Shown: in pieces, positions 11,417 through 25,780 of the stretch
Layout of the letters: every line of letters starts with the position of its first letter
How positions within the stretch are numbered: the first letter of the stretch is position 1
NCBI GenBank assembly: GCA_964016885.1
Contig: OZ024742.1
Span: forward strand, 132,432,001 to 132,496,000
DNA from: Eledone cirrhosa
Lineage: Eukaryota
DNA length: 64,000 bases
Reading direction: 5' to 3'
Notes under the pieces: model-generated
The model's database searches: none
Seen by the model: the letters and a program-made list of their open reading frames with translations, nothing else
What the model was told of the DNA's origin: nothing
Position numbers and translations under genes: made by a program

Positions 11417-11783
11417 CAAACACACACACATACACACATATATATATATATATATACACATATATATATATATATATATACATATACATGCATATATACA
11501 TACATACATATATACATACACACATACACATTTACATATACATATAATTATGGGGGGGGGAATTAAATTTATTAGTTAGAAATAATAAATATATATAGAT
11601 TTCAAGGAACATAGAGTCATAACCTGAAGTTAAAGCATTATATATGTTTACTTAATGGTATCAGTTTTAGGAAATGATAGTTGTAAGAAGGAAAGCAAAA
11701 TGATGTAGTTCATCAGTAGTAGAATATTAATTATAGGTTAACTAAATTAAAAACAGTTTATATATTAATTTCTAAAGTGTATA

Positions 11784-12308
11784 TTAATTAGGTTTATAAT
11801 ATTTAAAGGTTTTTCTCAGTTTATGATTACACGATATTATTAATTCCTGTCGCTTATTTAATAGGATATCCTTAGATTTCATTATTTCAAAAAGTTCTGG
11901 GGAACATAATCTACATTCATATCTACTATTTTGATAAGGAATGGCCCTTTTGAGCACACTCCAGGCCAGGTCATAATCTATATTCCTCTTTCTATAACTA
12001 TTAACTATTTCAGCTAGAGATGTTGTATTAGCTAGTGCGGCATTTTTAAAACTATGTTTGTGGGTATTAAATCTTATCTTAAATTTGTTAGAGGTATCTC
12101 CTATATATGAATAAATTGAGTCCTTAGTGTTAACTTTACATTTATATACTATGTTATTAACAAGGCAATTTCCTTTTAATGGACAGTTAGCCTTGTTTCT
12201 ACAGTTACAACTTTTCGTGAATCCTGTATCTGAGGAGATATTATGGTTAGTTTGATGTACTGGTGGTATACACATGGTTTTTTTTACATTTATATGCATT
12301 ATAGGCAC
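11784..12308 (-). pseudogene. PLE1 GIY-YIG endonuclease domain
   Basis: CNCRNKANCPLKGNCL, IVYKCKV...YIGDTSNKFKIRFNTHKHSF, CRLC, LNKRQELIISCNH. Confidence 0.9.
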
Positions 12309-12319
12309 TTATATTTTGT

Positions 12320-13305
12320 TTTATGTTTTTGGTTGTTGAGTAGGAGAATTTAACCGTTGATCTATTTAAAATTTGATGGTATTTGTGGTTTGGCGGGAAG
12401 TTTTTCTCTAGGATATTAAAGAATTTGTTAGGTATATTATCTTTAATTTGTAAATTAAATGGAGCATTATACCAAGTAACTCATCTATTACGGTTTCGAT
12501 GTTGTTTATTGTTTTTATAGGATGCATCCGGATATTTATTAGAGAATTATTGTTAATGACCTCACCACACACATTTTTAGTTAGATTTATTGATTTAGAT
12601 GTTTTAGCTTGTTTATTAGGAGTTTTATTATTAACATTTATTAGAGTTGTAGGATGAGTAGTTTTTTGAGAGTTACTATACTGTATATTAGAAGAGTTAG
12701 AGAAATTTGGTTTTATGTTGGTGTTTTGGGGTATAGTGTGAGTGGCATTTAGGTGTGTATGTTGCATTTGGTGTTTGTTGGTAATATTAGGTTGTATGTT
12801 TGTAGTGTTATTGGTAGAAGGTATATATACTAATCTATTTTTCTGGCCACTTCTAGCTAGAGCTTCATTATAAAAGGTCGCATTTTTATCAAATACATCT
12901 TGGTTAGACGAAAGTTTAGAAATTCTAAGTGATATATTATATGCAAGGTTTTTAAGGATAGAATTAGGGTGATTAGATTGTGAGTGTATGTTGTGTAAAT
13001 TTTGGTTGGGTTTATGGTAAGGTTGGTAGATACCCGTAGATAAGTCTAATGTTATTTCTAGGAAATTAAATACTTTACTTGTGTTTTCAAATGTAATATC
13101 TAGACTATAATAGTCTTTAAGGAAAGTTCTCATAAGCTTTTTATTTTTTTCTATCTCTGAGAGGCTAAGGTTATTGGAAAGAAGAAGACAGTCGTCACGA
13201 TATAAACCACCTTTAAGGTGGGGAAAGGAAGCATTTATGTTAAAAAGAAGAAAGAGGCCCACAAGATCAGTAATTTGGGCAGAATCGCTTGAGCCCATAG
13301 TAATA
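12320..13305 (-). pseudogene. PLE1 reverse transcriptase C-terminal half and linker (frameshifted)
   Basis: ORF 12408-13298 contains YRDD, YQPYHKPN and SNHPNSILK. The linker FPPNHKYHQILNRSTVKFSYS lies in another frame at about 12330-12405. Confidence 0.88.
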
Positions 13306-13437
13306 TCTTGACTCTGTTTTCCGTTTATTTTTCACCGAAAGTAGTTTTTGAATGCATCTTCTCTTTTCATGGTATCCGGATTACATTGAGTTCTTCATAC
13401 GGATCGGACACTACCGTAAACTTTTGATAGATTTATC

Positions 13438-13480
<43 letters not shown>

Positions 13481-13482
<2 letters not shown>

Positions 13483-14480
13483 GTTTTCGATGGATAAAAG
13501 TGGATCAAAAAGAGATGCGAGGACGTAAAAGTCAACCACAAGATCGGAAGGCCTTCAACAAGAAGGACTAACGCCAACGTTGCACGAGTGAGGCAGGTGG
13601 TGCGTGGTGATCCTCGTCTGACTGTTCAATTGATTGCAAGTGAATTGGGCTTGAACCGTGACAGCATTTGGAAGATTAACATCGAGGATTTGACTATGCG
13701 GAGGACCTACGCGAAGATGGTGCTGAACGATGACCAGAGGGAGTAGTGCATGCAGGTGTGTCAATACATCATCGAGTATCATAAATCTAAAGTTGACTAT
13801 GTGGGAGACTCATCACCGGTGATGACATATGGATCTTCGAGTACGACCGAGAAAACAAATGGCAGAGTCATAAATGGATGGGTCCAGAGTCTCCAAGTCC
13901 AAACAACGTGAGACAGTTGAAGTCCAATGTCAAACTTCATGTTGATCATGTTCTTCGTTGTGAGGGGAATCGTCTACAGAGAGTTCTTGACACAGAGCCA
14001 GACGACCAACCAGCTAGTCTACAAAAAGTTTCTACTGTGTTTACTTCGTTCAGTGAGCGAGAAGAGGCGAAAGTTGTTGCAGGACAACATCTGCCTGTTT
14101 CACCACGAAAACGCGCCGCCATACAAAGCCCAGATCAACTGGTAGTTCCTGGCCGAGAAAAACATAACCATGCTGGAGCAAACTTCCTGATCACGCGATG
14201 AGGCACCGAGTGATTTTTTCCTCTTCTCTAAGCTCGAGAGGGTCATCATGAGGAACCATTTTTCGGCCAGGGAAGCTCTCAAGAGGGCCATGATGATGGA
14301 TCTGTGAAGAGTCACGGATGAATCTTTCCAGGAATACATGGAGGTATGGCGGAGGACGATGGGAAATTGCGCTAGTCTCGAGTAGGATTACAGAGACGGG
14401 GAAAATATCTAATTTGAAGTTTGGATTAGAAATGTTTTTGGCACCCATAGTCTTATTTCTTTTCTAACTCACCCCGTGTA
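13481..14480 (+). mobile_element. Decayed mariner (Tc1/mariner) transposon, 5'-truncated
   Basis: Fragments PRSGRPST..NVARVRQVVRGDPRLTV (HTH), ITGDDIWIFEYD, LFHHENAPPY and a degenerate APSDFFLF. Right end ...ctcaccccgtgta. Confidence 0.88.
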
Positions 14481-14484
14481 TGTA

Positions 14485-14523
<39 letters not shown>

Positions 14524-16063
14524 ACGCACACACACACACGCACATATATATACATTTATATATATGTGTTGATTTTTAATGAGTTTTATGTTCGCCTCTT
14601 TTAGCTGGTTGTGCTGCATTACTCGAATGTGTTGCTGAGTTATTTCCCCTTACCTTATGAGACTCTTCCCTGCCCATTTGATGCTAAAATCACACGGTGT
14701 CTCGTCTATATAAGTGTGACATCACTAGCTTACTTTAGTACCACAGCGAGACAGTTTTCAATTGAACCCCAATTGATAGTCCTAAAAGAACATAACTACC
14801 GATGAAAACCAAGTATTTTCTTTTTTTTATTTTAACTATGGTAGTTCATATATTTTTCCTTTTTTAAACAGCTGTAAATATAATTAGTAATGTTAGTAAT
14901 GCTTTTATGTACTGTATATATTCTACTTTATGTGTATTAGTAATTGTTATTATTGATGTCTCCGTAATATTATCGCATGGGTATGCTTTGGATTACGATA
15001 TTTTTATCAATAATTTCCATTGAGCTTTTATGGAATAAAGAAATAAAGATCTTTTTGTTTCGATTTACTTAAACCATTTTTATATACTGTTCCTGTAGTT
15101 GGTAGACCTGTCCAACTTTAAGGTGTTGATGAGCTATTTCTAGCTCTCGTATGAGACTCTTTATTATGCATTTGGGTTCGGAAATCATTGGGTGTCAGGT
15201 CTATTCCAGTATGATGATACCTGCTTAAATTAACAATACATCGAGTAAGGTCAACTGAACCCACAATGGATAGCTTATGTTTTGTAGTACTAAAACTATA
15301 TGCCTGTTGTGCGTGGCTGTGTGTTTGCGTGTGTATGTAAAGAAGTGTGAAGAAATATATTACTTGATACTAAAAATACACCGAAACTACTATATTGAGT
15401 TCCTCGTTATGTTTTATAAATGTTCTTCTATAGAAGTTAACACCGGCGGAGACATCCACTGTTTTCTTTACACCGATCGCAGAATCCGGAGAATTTCATA
15501 TCGCATTAGGATATACCACCTTGGGTTATCGATGACTGCCCTCCACGACAATGCCATCGGTATCTTTTCCACAGAGTACAACTGAGATATAAACTCCAGT
15601 TAAGGGTCGAAGGTTTTTTTCCGACAACATTTCTCCTTCCATTTTTAATTTAGTTTTTCCCACACTTTTCATTTTCTTTCTCTATGTTCTCTATTTTGGT
15701 TTATTATATAAGTTGTGTTAAAATACTTCCATGACAGTATACCATAAATATTTGACACCAAACTAAATTAAAACTATTGGTTGGCGAGAAAATTCGTTTT
15801 TCGACAAAGAGTGAAGAAAAAAGCAAATCATCCACAGCAACTTAGAAGGCAAAATACATAAAAAAATATCATAAGAAACAAGACGGGTGTATAAGCCAAA
15901 TGAGGAAAAGTGTAATGGTGTTGGCGAGAAAGACGTGGCAGAACAATATTTTGATTGTTGTATTGGTACGTACATGTATGCATACACACACACATATATA
16001 TATTTATACATATATGTATATACATATGTGTATGCATATTTACACACACACCCACTCACACAT

Positions 16064-16141
<78 letters not shown>

Positions 16142-16166
16142 ATAAGTATATAATTGTACTTATGCT

Positions 16167-16204
<38 letters not shown>

Positions 16205-17548
16205 GATATAAATGACAGGATTTATTTCCTGTTTATGCTTGTTGTTGTTGTTCTTTTGGGCGTGAACATGTGTATGGTGTGTTTCCTATACACTAGCATA
16301 ATTTGCAGGGTTGCTTAGTTGCTTATATTCAGTATTAGAGCACTTTATAGAAAGAGATGGAAGAGGATGAGTTCCATTCATTTATCGAGGGACTAATAAT
16401 AGCCAATGCTATAGCACACCCGTTCAGTTCCGCTGTCATGCCATATATTTCAACGTACAGGTTATTTCAATCAGCATTAATGCAGGCATGCGTGAAAACT
16501 GCATCAGGTATTTGACAGTATTTGTTGCACTGACAGCGATAAAAATATTTTAGTATGTGAATGAAGGTGATGTATTCCGAACAAAATGAAGTATAATTTT
16601 ATACAACCACATTACGCAGTTCTCTGTGCTGACATACCCTGATCCAAAGAAAAAAAGTAAATATATATCCTATACATCATTTTCTATTTTCAAACAGCCG
16701 CGTTCACAGCTCTCACTAAACGTAACAAAACGATAAGCAAAGGCCAAACATCATATTGTCAAGAGATATTGTTCATCACGTTTTCTCACGTCAAGTAGCT
16801 GAAATATATACTACATACAGAAATGGAACTACGACTTTTACCATTAACATGACTGATCGAATGAAATCTCCGATGGAAAAAGACAGGCCCCTCCAAACCT
16901 ACAGATTGATATATAACAAATTCTATAATATAATAACGTTTACATGTCTGTTTTTAGAAAACAGGGGACAGAATTGAAAAATTAGCATTTTGTACCCGTT
17001 TATCTCTGGTTAAGAAGATGATTAACCGAATTCTGATGAAAGAGAAAGAAGCGAAAATCAGTCATGTCTATCTTGTACACACACACAAAGATAATTTATT
17101 TTCAACCCAATATCAACTTCTCATAGTAAGTTTAAAATGTGATCAGCAAACGACTACTTAGAACATTGTTTGCCCCGAGCAGCATATAGTGCTTCTGTTA
17201 ATTTCTTTAAATTTGTAGACACACACATAGTCGCACTTCTACTATGTGTAAATTAATGTAGACAAATTTAATTCCTTCCAAATTTATGTACACTTAGCTC
17301 TATGCTACTATTCTCTTGGTGAACAAGAAATTGGCAATCGATTTCTACCGAAGTGATAAAAATACGCTAAAATTTGTTCATTCACATTTCTCTGGGCAAT
17401 GAGTGGTATGGTTAACTAAGATTGGCTTTCTAAATTCATCCATACCCTAAGATATAACTTACTTACCCAAATGGCATCTAATGCCTATACATACATACCC
17501 ACATGCACATATACACGCACACACACACACAAATATATATATACATAC

Positions 17549-17552
<4 letters not shown>

Positions 17553-17581
<29 letters not shown>

Positions 17582-17668
17582 TGTATGTATGTATGTATGT
17601 ATGTATGTATGTATGTATGTATGTATGTGTGTACGTATGTATGTATGTATGTATGTATGTATGTATGT
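17553..17668. repeat. (GTAT)n microsatellite
   Basis: Directly visible. Confidence 0.95.
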
Positions 17669-19385
17669 AGAGATGACCCCTTAGCCTTTGTCAAGGCAGA
17701 ATTCTAGGAGAAGGAAAACTCTGATATAACACCTGCAACCCTGATGGTATCCAATGATGTTGACTTGTTCTTCTTTTTGGTAAATATCATCTTGGTTAAG
17801 AGAGTGGGACTGGCTTTGTGCACTGCCTTTGCTCACTATAAAAGCTTCACGGCAGAGGCATTGCTTTATATCTGGAGATCTCTCTGCACTTGTCGTCACA
17901 TGTTATCATGGGCCCAGCACTATGTGTCAATAATTGTCACAAGTGTAGTGTTTGTACCAGAGTTTTCAAGTCACTGGCTGGACTAAAAAGTCACACTCGT
18001 TCAGCGCATCGGTAGGGGTTCTCCTACATGGATATAAAGTAGTGGCCGTACTCGAAAACGAGTTGGCAGCCACCATGTATGTATGTATGTATGTATGTAT
18101 GTATATATTCATGTTTGAGGTACTGAGATCTGGTTCAGCACAAATCTGAGAAGTCCTCGATACATGGTATGATGCATTTGGAAAGGCCAAAAGCGCAGAG
18201 GTCGGGATTGATCCTTTTTCTTTCCTAATACACGTTAACACCCACATTTACATATGTATCCAAAGTCAGCGCGATAACATAGTTCTCTGTGGCGTTGATA
18301 TAAAGCGCTAAATCAAATTTCAAATAAAAGAAATCGAATGGAAAATGGGACAAGAGAGGGGAACCACTTGAAATATGGGATTAACAAATTGAATTACAAA
18401 GAACAAAATGATAGAAGGAAAGGATAAATAGCAACAAACAAGCGGAAAATTAATACCCCAATGGGCAAAAACATCGGATAAGGAGCGTGTCGTTAGGTTT
18501 GCACAGCTACACAACATGGAGGCTAAAACATATTTCTTTAATTTTCATTGTATCTTATTTTTAATGTGTTATATTGAATTGTAATGTCCTGAACACATAA
18601 TGAGGCGCATTAGTAATATTACTAGTATGACATTAATCTTAATGTTTATACATGCATTGACTCAACAACCGGGTACAGGTGTCTTAGTCTTGGGTAGGTG
18701 TAACAGTTTTAAAATTATGTTTATTTTCATCACTGTTGATTTTGCTGTTTGTTTTTGTTATTCTTGTTGATATTATTTCTGTCACTCTTTTGCGATGGAG
18801 AGCCACCTTTGTAAAATGTTGACAGAATTAAATTATACCAAGTATACTTGCTGAAATATATATTAAACAAATACCACTAGTTGTTACCCGGTGATACGAA
18901 ACTGTCTGAATTTCTCAAATTCCTTTTGCAGAAAAAGTATACTAGATGTTCAATGTAGCCATATGCTGGCTATAAAAATTGCGTGATGTGTTAAATATCA
19001 CACAACTACACACACACACACACACACAAAAAAAACGTACATATCCATATACATATGGTCGAGGGGTCGGTGACAAAACGGGCTCCACCATAAGATCATA
19101 GTTTTATAACAAAGATAAGTGAAACACCAACAATACAACACCAACAGCTATAAAAAAGGCAGATGAACTCTTGAATGTCAACGCCCGTCCAGCACAACAA
19201 TGGTTTGAATGGCCTTACCAACCCGTAATTGGACATGGGTAATGAGTACGACTATACCCCTGATATTATCAAAATCAAACAGAAAGCGGTGTAGGGGTTC
19301 CTCCAACAGGAGTGAGAAGGCCCTGGATTGGACTGAGTGCTCGACTAACTTTGGATATAACGATATATACTACCGATATTTTACC

Positions 19386-19431
<46 letters not shown>

Positions 19432-19469
19432 AGGAGGTTATAGTTCACTTGAAGCATTGTGTAATGAGG

Positions 19470-20038
<569 letters not shown>

Positions 20039-20041
20039 TGT

Positions 20042-20073
<32 letters not shown>

Positions 20074-20074
20074 A

Positions 20075-20107
<33 letters not shown>

Positions 20108-20112
20108 GAGAG

Positions 20113-20266
20113 ATAAGTAGCAACACACAGTTAGTTCACCATACCCAGAATAATTGTTTCACCTTAGCGGATCTTCAGCTCGTACTCCTGAAGTACAAGC
20201 TGAAGATCCGCTAACGTGAATCAATTGTTCTCGGTATGGTAAACTAACTGTTGTGTTACTACTTAT
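20113..20266. repeat. Short head-to-head inverted pair of HHR-bearing family F
   Basis: Arms at 20113-20180 and 20198-20266. Each holds CTGAAGA-TCCGCTAAGGT-GAAA-CAATT-like sequence. Related to 27575-27625. Confidence 0.8.
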
Positions 20267-20361
20267 ACCAAACTTGTCCCATGGACTGAGTGCTCTACCA
20301 CTACGGATATTACCTTCCAGTGTTCTCTCTCTCTCTCTCACTCTCTCTCTTTATATATATT

Positions 20362-20408
<47 letters not shown>

Positions 20409-20409
20409 T

Positions 20410-20627
20410 TTTACTCGATCGACTTTCGTCAAATCGGACAGAGGAAACAATGTTTCCATTGGTCTTTCCAATTGCTAATACTATCTATCGGTCGCAACTC
20501 CAGGTAGAAGGAGCAACGTGAAATAAAGTGTCTTGCTCAAGGACATTACGCATCGCCTGGTCCAGGAATCGAACTCACAACCTCAAGATTGTGAATCCAA
20601 TTCTCTAACCACACAGCCACACGCCTT
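20410..20627 (-). mobile_element. tRNA-derived SINE, second family
   Basis: Minus strand has GGCTGTGTGGTTAGAG (A box), GAGTTCGATTCC (B box), then tgtccttgagcaagacacttt. Confidence 0.8.
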
Positions 20628-20629
20628 CA

Positions 20630-20906
<277 letters not shown>

Positions 20907-20934
20907 ATAATCATATATACTAAAAGTATGTGTC

Positions 20935-21492
20935 TTTCAAATTATGAATTGGTGCCGTACCAAACTGCCTCAGAATGAATCAGTTATGGTTAGGAACGCT
21001 TGCAAAGGCGAAAGCACGTTGGACAGGTCAATATAATGCTACTAAAAATACCAGCTATACGAACGACCTAAGGTGTCTCTACCATTTGGGGAGAATAATA
21101 ATACAAGTATGTGTCCTATATGTAATTAATACATAAAGGGATACAAGTATAGTCCGTAGGCCTGTGTGGTTCAATAGCAAGTTAATCAATTAACAAGCCT
21201 GAACATATAAAATCAAGGGAGTGTAAACACAGAAATATCCTTAAAACTAATAAATAATTAAATTCAAAAAATTCACTGTACATACTATATCTGCCTTTAC
21301 CGCGGTTTCAGATCCCATATAAATAGACATTGCAAGTGGATATCCATTGAGAAAGAGATCATCGTCAGAAGGCTTTTCTCTCTCGGAGAATATAAAATTC
21401 CCGAGTTCAAATTACAAACTGGCGCCATACCAAACTGCCTCAGAATGAATGAGTTATGGTTAGGAACGCGTGCAAAGGCGAAAGCATGTTGA
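20935..21492 (-). mobile_element. Partial-tandem HHR element (family G), unit about 471 bp
   Basis: An about 85-bp terminal direct repeat at 20937-21021 and 21408-21491 encloses one HHR. Flanked by TA tracts. Confidence 0.8.
21293..21373 (-). ncRNA. Type I hammerhead ribozyme with long loop II
   Basis: GCCTT-CTGACGA-TGATCT...GGATCT-GAAA-CCGCGG-TA-AAGGC. Perfect stem I, palindromic ACCGCGGT stem III. Confidence 0.82.
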
Positions 21493-21612
21493 TTTTATAT
21501 ATTCTGGCTCAGTAATCATTTTTTATAATAACCCTAGAAAATGCTATTTATTTATATATATATTTATATATATATTATAAATAATTATATATATATTTAT
21601 ATATTATATATA

Positions 21613-21764
<152 letters not shown>

Positions 21765-21784
21765 TATATATTTATATATTTATA

Positions 21785-21861
<77 letters not shown>

Positions 21862-21941
21862 ATATATAATATATATATATATATATATTTGTATATATAT
21901 ATATATATATGTATATGTTTATATATATATATATATATTTG

Positions 21942-22052
<111 letters not shown>

Positions 22053-22149
22053 AAATAAGATAACAAGGACGACTGGTTACTCCTTCATAACGTTTATTGG
22101 TTGGTGACCCGTGGTAATGTTAATGGAATACTCCCTGTATATATATATT

Positions 22150-22468
22150 TCTGTCCTACAAGATGTCGTACGACAGAACAAAGGGAGAGGCACAAAGACA
22201 AAGAAAAGAACCCCCAGTCACTGAAGGGGGTCACAGTATGTGTACAAAGAAATTGACAATATATAAACAACCTTCTGGTTGTGGAACCAACCAACCAACC
22301 GGAAATTTATAAATTCCTAAATTTATAAATTTATTATTATAATACATTGAAGTGAAAGCAACTGGTGCGTGTGTTTCTTATTGGCAACATGACCCTCCCA
22401 AAGTATAACAATATCGGTTTCAACACACGTTTTCAGATAAAGAATCTTGCTAAACATATTCAGAAACG

Positions 22469-22470
<2 letters not shown>
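22150..22470 (+). repeat. Family E repeat, second copy (HHR degenerate)
   Basis: Matches 2590-2880. The core reads ctgaagggggtcacagtatgtgtacaaag. Confidence 0.8.
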
Positions 22471-22504
<34 letters not shown>

Positions 22505-22529
22505 ACTTGTGTGTTACACCTCTATTCTT

Positions 22530-22608
<79 letters not shown>

Positions 22609-22817
22609 GTTTTTACGTATCGAGAAATAGAAAAAAAGTGGAGGATAGGTGATACATATAGTTATTTGCCAAGTAGCGTATGCCAAAGGTGCTCGATATT
22701 AGTGCCGGCAGTATTAAATATTCGAAGTGTGAATATTTAGTGGGCTAGAGAGTTAGCAGAGCGTAAGCACGTGGGAAAGAGTAAAAAAATCGGAGAATAC
22801 ACCATGTTTATTTAAAA

Positions 22818-22860
22818 CAGCACCTACGTACGTTTTGCCTAGTTGGGCTTCTCAAGGGCA
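22818..22860 (-). ncRNA. Degenerate minimal hammerhead in the PLE2 3' UTR
   Basis: CCTTGAGAA-GCC-CAACTA-GGC-AAAA-CGTACG-TA-GG. The core is mutated; stem II and the palindromic stem III are retained. Confidence 0.45.
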
Positions 22861-23149
22861 TAAATAATCACACGTGTTCCTTATATTGCTCGGAAAGAGT
22901 TTTTGGGGTTAAATCCACATCAAGCTTCATTGCTCGCAAACATATCTTGTTTGATTTTGCAGCAGGTCAAGGGAAGTAACTCTGGCCGTGTTAGGGCAGT
23001 CTTTCCCGGACAATTTCTTTTTTCTTTTTGCCGTATCTGTTTGTCTGAGGCTGGGTCTGGTATGCAAGGATAGTTTCCTGGGTGTTATTTTGCAGGTGCC
23101 TGCCCGCCGGGGTGTTAATACTTGTTGCAGGGAGATCCGGTGTACGGTT

Positions 23150-23607
23150 TCACTCCTCATCCTTAACCCATCTGAAGAAGGATATTTTTAAGCGACGTGT
23201 ACAACTTATCACTGTTTCAGCTCTGCTGTTGATGAGCTCGTGGGGTGCAGTTATGATGTGGTAGAGCTCCATGAAGCAAATATCGCATTTCCTCTTGAAG
23301 TTGTACGGTGCAGCCCTGCCGACAATTTCCCAGTGCGTGGAGAAGCTGACGTTTAAGTATTTAGTGATGTGATGTAGTCCGCGAGCGAAGTGGAGTGCTT
23401 TAGTTTTCTATTTGTGAAAGATTGGAGATGTGTTCGAAACCTAATTTTGAACGGGCCGGAGGTTGCCCCTATATAATGTTTAACGCTATTGTGACTATTA
23501 ATAGTGCATCTATATATAACCCTATCAGTCAAGCAGTATCCTCTATGGGGGCAGCGTCCTCTGTCGCGGCAGTTGCAATTTCTGTCGCGGTTCCGTCTAT
23601 TTCCCAC
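23150..23607 (-). pseudogene. PLE2 GIY-YIG endonuclease (frameshift near 23355)
   Basis: VIYRCTI...HYIGATSGPFKIRFRTH, continuing in another frame as WEIVGRAAPYNFKRKCDIC...INSRAETVISC. Confidence 0.85.
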
Positions 23608-24397
23608 GGTAAGGCTATCATTGTTGCTGCCTAAGTTGCTACCTACGCTACCGCAGCTGTCGTTAGCACCATTACACCCACAGCACGCGGGGTGGTGCGA
23701 TTGTTATTCTGCACGTCATGTCCTGCATGTTCCCCAGTCATTTCGCAGTTATGCTGGTTGCGTCTGCGGATGCCGTTGCCAACACTATTGGATGCTGTCA
23801 GGGAGTTGTTAAGGCTGATATAGTTATTGTCAGGTGTAGGTGCGTCTGTGTCGAGGTGCTGTGTCTTGGTGATCTTACTGTGGTTCGTTGTTCCTATGAT
23901 GTCTGCTAGGTTAGGAGTAGTAGAGAAGGATATTTTTATATTGTTCCTATTAAGAATTTTTCTATACCTATGGTTGGGAGGGAAGTTCTTCTCTAAGGTT
24001 TCGAAGAACATCCGGGGTATGTTGGAGGCCACACTTCGAGAGTAGGGGGTGGAACCATAGGATGTTACGGTGGCGATTACGTGTCCTTGTACTTTTGCTA
24101 CGGGTGGTTCCATCTAGGTGACCGCTCTTATGTGTGTTAATGCGCAGTCGCCCGTTCGGTGCCCTTTCACTTTATGCTCGGGTGCACTCTTCCTACCTCT
24201 TCCATGTTTATGTACACGAAGATGTTGGTTGGAAGGCGTTGGTAGTAGGCCGTCGCCTTTGTTGGTTTTATAATAGGGGAATAGTTCGAGTAATATACAG
24301 TGTTCACCGTCGCCGGGGTCGTTATCTTTGGTGCGGTTATCTATTCTGTTATATCCGACTTCAACGAGGTCGCCGCGTGATCGGTTATAGGTATGGC

Positions 24398-25620
24398 TTA
24401 ATATAACGTTTGTTTTATGAGGGGGTGGTTTCTAGAGCTAGCGTTAGGGATGTAGGAAATTCCTCGCTTAAAGCCGGCGCTTAGGGCCCTATTATAGTAA
24501 TCTGCCGCTTGGTTGAAGATATCCTCATTGGCGGATAGCCTCGAGATTCTATGTGAGATACTATAGACTATGGAGTTGAGAGTCTGCTCAGGGTGGTTGG
24601 AGGCATAATTAATATAAGAGAGGCACTCTCCAGGCTTATGGTATGGCTTGTATAAACCCGTACTCAACTCGAGGGTCACGTCTCGGAAGTTGACAACCCT
24701 GTGGTTGAGGTCTATAGTTACGGATAGGCCGTATGACTTGAAGAACCTGAGTATATGTTTGTTAAGGTTCTCTATCTTACGGGGGCTATGGTTTCTAACG
24801 GTAAACAGGGCGTCGTCCCTATATACACCTCCTTGTAGGGCCGGTATTTCTTCCCTAAGCTTATGTAGGAGGTATATCCCGACCAGGTCAGTTGCTTGCG
24901 CTGAGTCACTGGACCCCATCGTGACATCGAAGTTATCAGGACGGTTGGTTCTGGTCCAGTGGGAGCCTTCGAACTGGATAATGGTTCTACGCGCCACTAG
25001 AATTATGTCTATTTCTCTTTTAGTGAGGCTAGTGTTAGATCTAGCTAAGATAAGTGCCTTATTTAAGAGTATGGTGGAGATAGAGGCGTACTAACTATCT
25101 ATATCAAACCGGATGAATTTCAGGGTGGCTTTATCCTGCAACTCGGTGAACCAATTTATGACCTGGTCGGTGTTGCCCCAGAGGCAGACCTTAGCCTTTC
25201 TATTAAGCTCCAGTAGTACTCTGTCAAGTATCACTTTACTAATCTTACCTATATCTGATGTAGAGGGGCATATTAGTCTAATAGAGGGGCTTTCATTAAA
25301 GTCATATATGTGATCCTTAAGAGAGAATTAAGGTGTCAGAGGGACGTACGGGTTAGTGTACTTTTCTATTTCTAAGCTGGTGACTATATCCTTCTCTACT
25401 CTATTTATGTCATTTAGGGTACTAGAGGGTGTCTTTTTGTAGTCTTTGTGTAGTTCCTTATAGATGAATTTTTTATACTCATTCGCGTCCATCTTGTACA
25501 GCTTTTTGGTTTTGTCGGAGGTGACGAAGAGGTGCGGGTCATTCTTGATCTTAGTTATTAATGTATCAAGGGACGTTAAGAATGGATTGCTGCATTGGTG
25601 TTTCTTTCTGAACTTAACGT
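24398..25620 (-). pseudogene. PLE2 reverse transcriptase (interrupted)
   Basis: ORF pieces 25328-25620 and 24398-24997, with SLKDHIYDF...IRLICPSTSDIGKISK and FIRFDID in between. Confidence 0.88.
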
Positions 25621-25746
25621 TTTTTTTACTTTCCCACGTATATATATATATATACTTTCCCACGTATATATATATATATATATACATACATATATACATA
25701 GATAAATACTTTTATACATACATACATACATACATACATACATACA

Positions 25747-25780
<34 letters not shown>

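Larger units (their letters stand above)
10500..13305 (-). mobile_element. Penelope-like retroelement 1 (YRDD type, Nematis-like), 5'-truncated and frameshifted
   Basis: RT motifs MGSSDSAQITDLVGLFLL, GGLYRDD and FLEITLDL, a C-terminal GIY-YIG, and a 3' UTR carrying an HHR. Confidence 0.85.
22605..25620 (-). mobile_element. Penelope-like retroelement 2 (YRDD type, Nematis-like), 5'-truncated, with stops and frameshifts
   Basis: SDKTKKLYKM, FDVTMGSSDSAQATDLVG, GGVYRDD, FPPNHRYRKILNRNNIKISFS, CNCR..CP..G.C, YIGAT. Confidence 0.9.

Noticed and set aside
15420-15640. GC-richer island that looks coding
   Set aside because: No frame gave a recognisable family.
17030-17066. CTGATGA...GAAA...TC hammerhead-like string
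   Set aside because: No stem II or stem I pairing.
17670-18075. ctaggagaaggaaaactctgat resembling an RTE 5' UTR
   Set aside because: Recollection-level similarity only, with no linked ORF.
23168-23200. CTGAAGA on the plus strand
   Set aside because: No GAAA or stems. It is the antisense of the PLE2 coding end.
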